Below, piece after piece: positions 59,157 through 64,000 of a stretch of DNA of 64,000 nt. The position numbers and the translations under genes were made by a program. The DNA is from an uncultured Candidatus Saccharibacteria bacterium (GTDB taxonomy: Bacteria; Patescibacteriota; Minisyncoccia; Phycocordibacterales; JAKAEA01). The DNA lies in NCBI GenBank assembly GCA_964532205.1, contig CAZHGQ010000001.1, forward strand, positions 49,962 through 113,961. The letters run 5' to 3'. The notes beneath the pieces were generated by a model that was given only the letters and a program-made list of their open reading frames with translations, was not told the origin of the DNA and searched no databases. The first letter of the stretch is position 1, and each line of letters opens with the position of its first letter.

Positions 59157-60860
59157 TTATCGATCAGGTGGAATTTCGTAATAATTGATCAAAAATTTAG
59201 TTACATCGATAAAGGGCTTGGTCAGTGTATGTGAGGCGAATTCTACACCCTGCGGCTCAACTGTGTAAAGGAAGACCAAGAAGCGTGGGTTATACGATGG
59301 GAAATAGCCAAAGAACGAGTGTAGGAACTTATCTTCGTAATATTTACCACCCGGGCCAGCGATTTGAGCAGTACCGGTTTTAGCGGCAATACTATAATGC
59401 TCCATTTTTTCACTACCATTAAGTAATGCCGTATCAACAACAGTCGTCAACATACGAGAAATTTCTTTTGATGAACTTTCCTGAATCACCCGCTCGCCTT
59501 TTGGATATTCAATAGTGCGTGAAAAACCAACTTTGTAGTCAATTTGTTTAACAACGTGCGGCGTCACCAACACGCCACCATTAGCCAACACCGAAAGTGC
59601 TCGGGCAATTGAAACCGGACTGACAGCAATGCCCTGACCGAACGAGGCGGTCACGTGCTCAATATCACGAGGACTTTTGAGGTTAGCCACGAGCGGCGAC
59701 GCCTCGTTCGGCAAATCAATCCCCGTCTTCTTATCCAAACCAAAAGCATAGAAATAATCGGTAAAACGTTTATTGCCCAGTTTTTGCGAAACGTAAGCTA
59801 CACCGGTGTTGAGCGATTGATTCAAAACCTCCTGCATAGTGGTCTGGCCACGACCGCGTTGGTCATAGTTGTACACTGTTTTATTATTGAAAGTCACCGA
59901 ACCACTATCAAAATATGTGGTTTTGGCAGTTATCACGCCGGCGTCTAAGCCGGCGGCCACGGTCAGAGGTTTTACAATCGAACCCATTTCGTAGACATTT
60001 TGAACCAGTGGATTAGTAAAATATGAGACACTCTTTGTGTCCTGGAATGTATTTGGGTTGTACGATGGGTAAGCTCCCATGGCATAAATCTCGCCAGTTT
60101 TTGGATCAATAACAATTCCGCCCGTTACCTTTGAATTGTACAAAGCATTTGTAGCCTGTAATTGTTTTTCCAAATAGGCCTGCACAGTCGGTTCAATCGT
60201 TGAAACAATATCGCCTTCGGCCGTGCCAGTATCAGTAAATGTTTTATGGATATCAGAAAAAATTTCTGCAAAAAAGTTTACATACAGGTTATCGCTCGTG
60301 CGTTTAAGTGTCGTGTCATATTGATTTTCCAAACCATATCGGCCACCAAGTTCATCGCCCTTAAAACCAACGAAGCCAAGTACGTGGGCCGCCAATGTTT
60401 CACCGGGATAGTAACGCCACTTCTCTTTATATATATTTACACCCGGAATATTTAGCAGATCAACAGCTTTGGCCTTATCTGGATCAACTCGTTTGGCAAT
60501 TTCTTCGTAGGGATCATTCTGACGACTAGCCTTAGCCAAAAAATCATCTTTATTAATTTGTACCAAGGCCGAAATTTTCTGATACACAGCCTCAGGATTT
60601 TTCATGATCTTGGGGTTAATAGCAATCGTGTAGCCAGTCTTCAATGAAGCTGCAGCCATGTACGTACTGTCCTTTGATTGAAAAAAGATGGAACCACGAT
60701 CAAAAACACCGCCGACCGGCTGAGTATACTGCCGGTCGGCTTTTTCCGTAAATGCATTGCCTGAAACAATTTGCACAAAATACAACCGCGTTATAAGCAG
60801 GAGTGAGAACGCAATAAAACCAAGTGAAATCAGACGAATTCTAAATGTACGATCCTTCAT
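59157..60860 (-). CDS. ftsI: peptidoglycan D,D-transpeptidase (class B PBP, FtsI-like)
   Basis: N-terminal TM, dimerisation domain, SxxK (GSIVKP), SxN, KTG (AKTGTA). Confidence 0.85.
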   Translation of the reverse strand: MKDRTFRIRLISLGFIAFSLLLITRLYFVQIVSGNAFTEKADRQYTQPVGGVFDRGSIFFQSKDSTYMAAASLKTGYTIAINPKIMKNPEAVYQKISALVQINKDDFLAKASRQNDPYEEIAKRVDPDKAKAVDLLNIPGVNIYKEKWRYYPGETLAAHVLGFVGFKGDELGGRYGLENQYDTTLKRTSDNLYVNFFAEIFSDIHKTFTDTGTAEGDIVSTIEPTVQAYLEKQLQATNALYNSKVTGGIVIDPKTGEIYAMGAYPSYNPNTFQDTKSVSYFTNPLVQNVYEMGSIVKPLTVAAGLDAGVITAKTTYFDSGSVTFNNKTVYNYDQRGRGQTTMQEVLNQSLNTGVAYVSQKLGNKRFTDYFYAFGLDKKTGIDLPNEASPLVANLKSPRDIEHVTASFGQGIAVSPVSIARALSVLANGGVLVTPHVVKQIDYKVGFSRTIEYPKGERVIQESSSKEISRMLTTVVDTALLNGSEKMEHYSIAAKTGTAQIAGPGGKYYEDKFLHSFFGYFPSYNPRFLVFLYTVEPQGVEFASHTLTKPFIDVTKFLINYYEIPPDR

Positions 60861-60908
60861 ACCGTAATAGTCAGTATATCACGGCTTAAAGCCGTGCTGT
60901 GTGAAAAA

Positions 60909-61238
60909 CTAGCGATTATACGTAAGAGTCTTGGAAACAGAAGCTCGGCTAAGAAAATGACTTGGCACCACATCCTCAAAACCCCGAGCATGAGCTAATT
61001 CGAGGGTAATACTACTCTTTAAATTCATATACTGAAATTCCAAGTCACCAACGGTACTTGAAAGTGAGGCAATTTCTTTTTCTGAATTCTGACGTGCCAC
61101 AACGTTCATGATTGTCTTATTGATCAAAACACCGTACAACACAAAAAGTGAAAGCAACACACTGGCTAGCATGAAGAATAGAACCTTAGCTGAAAAGAGT
61201 GAGAAAATATTTTTTGTGATGTGAAGTGTTTTTGTCAT
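60909..61238 (-). CDS. ftsL: cell division protein FtsL-like
   Basis: 109 aa, single TM, coiled coil; positioned between rsmH and ftsI. Confidence 0.6.
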   Translation of the reverse strand: MTKTLHITKNIFSLFSAKVLFFMLASVLLSLFVLYGVLINKTIMNVVARQNSEKEIASLSSTVGDLEFQYMNLKSSITLELAHARGFEDVVPSHFLSRASVSKTLTYNR

Positions 61239-62158
61239 TAATTTTTTTGTATTATTCGTAATTTGGCACTACGCGCTCGGCGATTTTCAGCCAGCTCTGC
61301 CTCCGAGGCAATAATTGGTTTTTTAGTTAAAATCGTACCTACACCATCTTTCTGCTGTTGTATAAAAAAGTGTTTAACGATCCGATCTTCTAAGCTATGA
61401 AAGGTAATGACGGCCATTCGTCCAGCGGGAGCTAAATGCTCAATACCCTTTTGTAAACCCCCTTGTAACGCTTGCAATTCGTCATTAACAGCGATACGTA
61501 GAGCTTGAAAGGTTCTGGTGGCTGGATGGAGTGGACCATGGTGATACCTCGCCGGAGTCGCCTCTAAAATAATTGCTACCAACTCGGCCGTAGTCTCGAT
61601 CGGCGCGAGTGCTCGAGAGTCAACTATTTTCTTAGCGATCCGGCGAGCGAATCGTTCCTCACCATAGCGTTCAATGATTGTCTGCAATGTCTGCTCACTC
61701 CACTCGTTGATAATGGTGCGAGCATCAAGATCTCCCTCTTGCGTGGTGCGGCGAAACGTCATTCGTAACGGTTCGTCCTGCTGGAAACTGAATCCCCTGC
61801 CCGATTGGGCAAACTGATCCGTTGACCAACCTAGATCGAGAAGGATTTTATTAACATGCGTCACCTGAAGATTGGCTAACGCAATGTCGAGATTGCGAAA
61901 GTTTTCTTCGATGAACGTCACATCCTTATCCCCGAAGGCGTTCAAACGCTCAGTAGAGCGGGCAATGGCATCAGCATCCAGATCCAGACCGATAACTCTA
62001 ACTCGTGAGCCGAACTGCTTCAGAATTTCCGCAGTATGGCCGGCAGAGCCGAGTGTTCCGTCAAGAACAATGTCGCCAGGTGCAAGTGCTAGACCTTGTA
62101 TTGCTTCATGTAAAAGAACGGGAATGTGGTTCATATAATTAGAATGCACCGATCTCAC
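61238..62158 (-). CDS. rsmH: 16S rRNA (cytosine1402-N4)-methyltransferase
   Basis: HIPVLLHE...DGTLGSAGH SAM-binding motifs. Confidence 0.9.
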   Translation of the reverse strand: MRSVHSNYMNHIPVLLHEAIQGLALAPGDIVLDGTLGSAGHTAEILKQFGSRVRVIGLDLDADAIARSTERLNAFGDKDVTFIEENFRNLDIALANLQVTHVNKILLDLGWSTDQFAQSGRGFSFQQDEPLRMTFRRTTQEGDLDARTIINEWSEQTLQTIIERYGEERFARRIAKKIVDSRALAPIETTAELVAIILEATPARYHHGPLHPATRTFQALRIAVNDELQALQGGLQKGIEHLAPAGRMAVITFHSLEDRIVKHFFIQQQKDGVGTILTKKPIIASEAELAENRRARSAKLRIIQKN

Positions 62159-62573
62159 CTAGTTTTTGAGCCAATGCATCAGCTTTGGCCAGAACACCTT
62201 TCTTGTATTCAAGCCATCGCGTTTCGTTCCACAATTCAATGCGGTTGTGCACACCGGTAAAAATTACTTTACTGGTCAGACCGGCGAATTCCTTCAAATA
62301 TTCCGGAATTAGCATACGGCCGACTGCGTCGATCTCTACTTCGGTTGCGCCCGCAAGCATGAATCGGTTGAATCCTCGTGAATCCGACTGACCCATGCTC
62401 AAGTTCGCAAGCTTTTCACTAATTTTTGTCCACTCCTTGAGCGAATACAGAAACAAACAGTTGTCTAAACCGTGGGTGACGATAATTTTTTTACCAACCT
62501 CTTTGCGGAATTTAACCGGCAAAGAAATTCGTTTTTTATCATCTATCGTATGTGTGTATTCGCCGATCAGCAT
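62139..62573 (-). CDS. mraZ: transcriptional regulator MraZ
   Basis: Duplicated SpoVT/AbrB-like halves with DxxxR motifs (DDKKRISLP). Confidence 0.9.
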   Translation of the reverse strand: MLIGEYTHTIDDKKRISLPVKFRKEVGKKIIVTHGLDNCLFLYSLKEWTKISEKLANLSMGQSDSRGFNRFMLAGATEVEIDAVGRMLIPEYLKEFAGLTSKVIFTGVHNRIELWNETRWLEYKKGVLAKADALAQKLGEIGAF

Positions 62574-62586
62574 GTTTCTTGATTTA

Positions 62587-62614
62587 CCACTTTATCCCAC
62601 TTGTTCCCATTATA
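62587..62614 (-). promoter_or_regulatory. mraZ promoter (-10 TATAAT) with GTGG(G) direct repeats (candidate MraZ boxes)
   Basis: Minus-strand reading: TATAAT-gggaacaa-GTGGGATAAAGTGGTAAAT, then 8 nt to the mraZ ATG. Confidence 0.4.
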
Positions 62615-62664
62615 TACCGAAGGGTACCATTTGCCACCAGGGTTATCCACTGTTTTCCCCTGTT

Positions 62665-62694
62665 TTTTGCAATAGAAAACAGCTTTACATTTCT
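62665..62694 (-). terminator. hairpin terminator separating the lysS / small-ORF unit from the mraZ promoter
   Basis: AAACAGCTTTACA-tttc-TGTAAAGCTGTTT perfect 13-bp stem followed by TTTTCT on the minus strand. Confidence 0.55.
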
Positions 62695-62711
62695 GTAAAG
62701 CTGTTTGTATT

Positions 62712-62936
62712 TTATGAAGCCTTTTTCGGCAAAAACCCCTTTAGCTCCTTGGCCAAATGCTGGCCTAATTGGTGTGAAATGACCGCTGCATCAAACCAGT
62801 CAAACGACAATTCGCGCCGGTTGACCATGTCAATAAGCGCATCGAGAACACCAGCCTCCTGTCCTGCTTCATAGGTGAAGCAAAATTGATGAACTCCCTT
62901 GACCATACTAATGGTCTTCATTTCCGCCATACACAC
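62712..62936 (-). CDS. small hypothetical protein
   Basis: 74-aa ORF downstream of lysS. Confidence 0.3.
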   Translation of the reverse strand: MCMAEMKTISMVKGVHQFCFTYEAGQEAGVLDALIDMVNRRELSFDWFDAAVISHQLGQHLAKELKGFLPKKAS

Positions 62937-62970
62937 TCCTTTGTGTTAAACAACCTGACCGTACTCTACA

Positions 62971-64000
62971 CTATTCTTTTGGTCGCATCAATGGGAAAAT
63001 TTGAGTCTCACGAATTGGCTTGTTGACCAAGAATGAAAATAAGCGCTCGCTTATGCCAAAACCACAAGTTGGTGGCATACCGTGTTCAAGTGCTTCAACA
63101 AAGTCATAATCGTACATTTGCGCTTCATCATCCCCCGCTTCACGCAATTTAGCTTGCTCGGCAAAGCGTTCAGCTTGATCAATCGGATCATTTAATTCAC
63201 TATAGCCTTTGCCCATTTCACTACCAGCAATAATCGGCTGGAACTGCTGCACAATGTCGGGGTTATGTGGTTGTGATTTAGCCAATGGTGACATAACTTT
63301 TGGCACATTGACCAAAAAACCAGGACCACCAAGCTGCTTGCGGCAATATTTCCAAAGATTATCGATGGCTCGTGTAATATTCCAACCCTTTTTATCAAAC
63401 TCAACATGCAATTCTTTGAGTCGCTGTTCGATGCCTTCTATTTTGGCAGTATTTACATCAATTCCAGTGATGTTTTTAATGGTTTCAACATAATCGTACT
63501 CTACCCATTTAGCGCCAAGATCAACTTCAAATTCACCGATGGTAAATTTGAGTGTGCCAAATGTCTGTTCAGCAACATATTTATACATGCGCTCTACAAG
63601 CTCCATGCCTTTTTTGTAATCGGCATATCCCCAGTAAAATTCCATCTGGGTGTAGTCTTGAGCGTGTTCAGCAGACATACCTTCATTGCGGAAAATGCGA
63701 CCGATTTCAAAAACTTTTGGATAACCAGCAACCATTAAGCGTTTCTGCCACAATTCACCAGCTGAGATTCGTAGATAAACATCAATATCGAGGGCGTTGT
63801 GATGTGTTTCAAATGGTCGGGCATCTGCACCACCAGTTGTATTTTCCAAAACTGGTGTTTCAACTTCCAAAAAACCTTCTTTGATAAGAAATTCGCGCAT
63901 CGACTGCCAGAACTTAGCCTTTTTGATAAATAAATCTTTGAGTTCCTGATCAAATAAAATGTCGAGGTAGCGCTTGCGCAGACGTTCATCAATATCTTGT
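62971..64000 (-). CDS. lysS: lysine--tRNA ligase (class II), 5' end beyond window edge
   Basis: Frame stays open to base 64000. Upstream residues ...RYLDILFDQELKDLFIKKAKFWQS, then MREFLIKEGFLEVETPVL...ARPFETHHNALD, motifs 2 and 3 (GMPPTCGFGISERL). Confidence 0.9.
   Translation of the reverse strand, partial: QDIDERLRKRYLDILFDQELKDLFIKKAKFWQSMREFLIKEGFLEVETPVLENTTGGADARPFETHHNALDIDVYLRISAGELWQKRLMVAGYPKVFEIGRIFRNEGMSAEHAQDYTQMEFYWGYADYKKGMELVERMYKYVAEQTFGTLKFTIGEFEVDLGAKWVEYDYVETIKNITGIDVNTAKIEGIEQRLKELHVEFDKKGWNITRAIDNLWKYCRKQLGGPGFLVNVPKVMSPLAKSQPHNPDIVQQFQPIIAGSEMGKGYSELNDPIDQAERFAEQAKLREAGDDEAQMYDYDFVEALEHGMPPTCGFGISERLFSFLVNKPIRETQIFPLMRPKE

Overview
Compact, gene-dense bacterial chromosome segment of low-to-moderate GC (by eye roughly 40-45%). 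It uses the standard code 11: both TAA and TAG are used as ordinary stops (for example dnaB ends TAG at 48206-48208). Housekeeping backbone: grpE(3' fragment)-dnaK-dnaJ, trpS, a class IIb asnS/aspS-type synthetase behind a T-box, scpA-scpB, a D,D-carboxypeptidase, mraY-ftsW-murG plus an M23 peptidase, a lexA-orf-ygjP(DUF45)-dinB SOS operon, rpmA, rplI, ctpA, cysS, dnaB, recR, rplU, rmuC, yqeY, a type IV pilus block (pilB, pilC, three pilin-like genes, mltG, pilA), a ROK kinase, tRNA-Glu(CUC), mraZ-rsmH-ftsL-ftsI-murF-like on the minus strand, and a 5'-truncated lysS at the right edge. The gene content (many pilins, compact overlapping genes, Cheo-type LexA box, leaderless-looking starts) suggests a small-genome monoderm, possibly Patescibacteria/CPR-like; this is inference only. 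The accessory stretch between dnaJ and trpS (about 3.9-14.5 kb) is the most unusual part. It holds an ANL-type adenylate-forming enzyme next to an E1/ThiF-like protein, two tandem TrmB regulators, a two-domain nitroreductase-like protein, an orphan sensor kinase, and a radical-SAM/SPASM maturase. Immediately downstream of the maturase is an unannotated 56-codon ORF with a Cys-rich C-terminus (CQCADCDCIDEC), then its own terminator, an HExxH protein and a GC-rich secreted protein with a PEP-CTERM sorting tail. I consider the rSAM-SPASM plus Cys-rich peptide locus the best candidate for an undescribed RiPP-like system. Other notable items: a 170-nt promoter-to-terminator unit with two C9 tracts (candidate sRNA) and a second short terminated unit ahead of the asnS T-box leader, a GT2 gene interrupted by one in-frame TAG, a 740-bp ORF-free convergent intergenic region full of palindromes, a cytochrome b5 plus ferric-reductase/FNR-like operon, and two convergent tiny Cys-rich proteins sharing a bidirectional terminator. 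No CRISPR array, transposase or integrase was seen.
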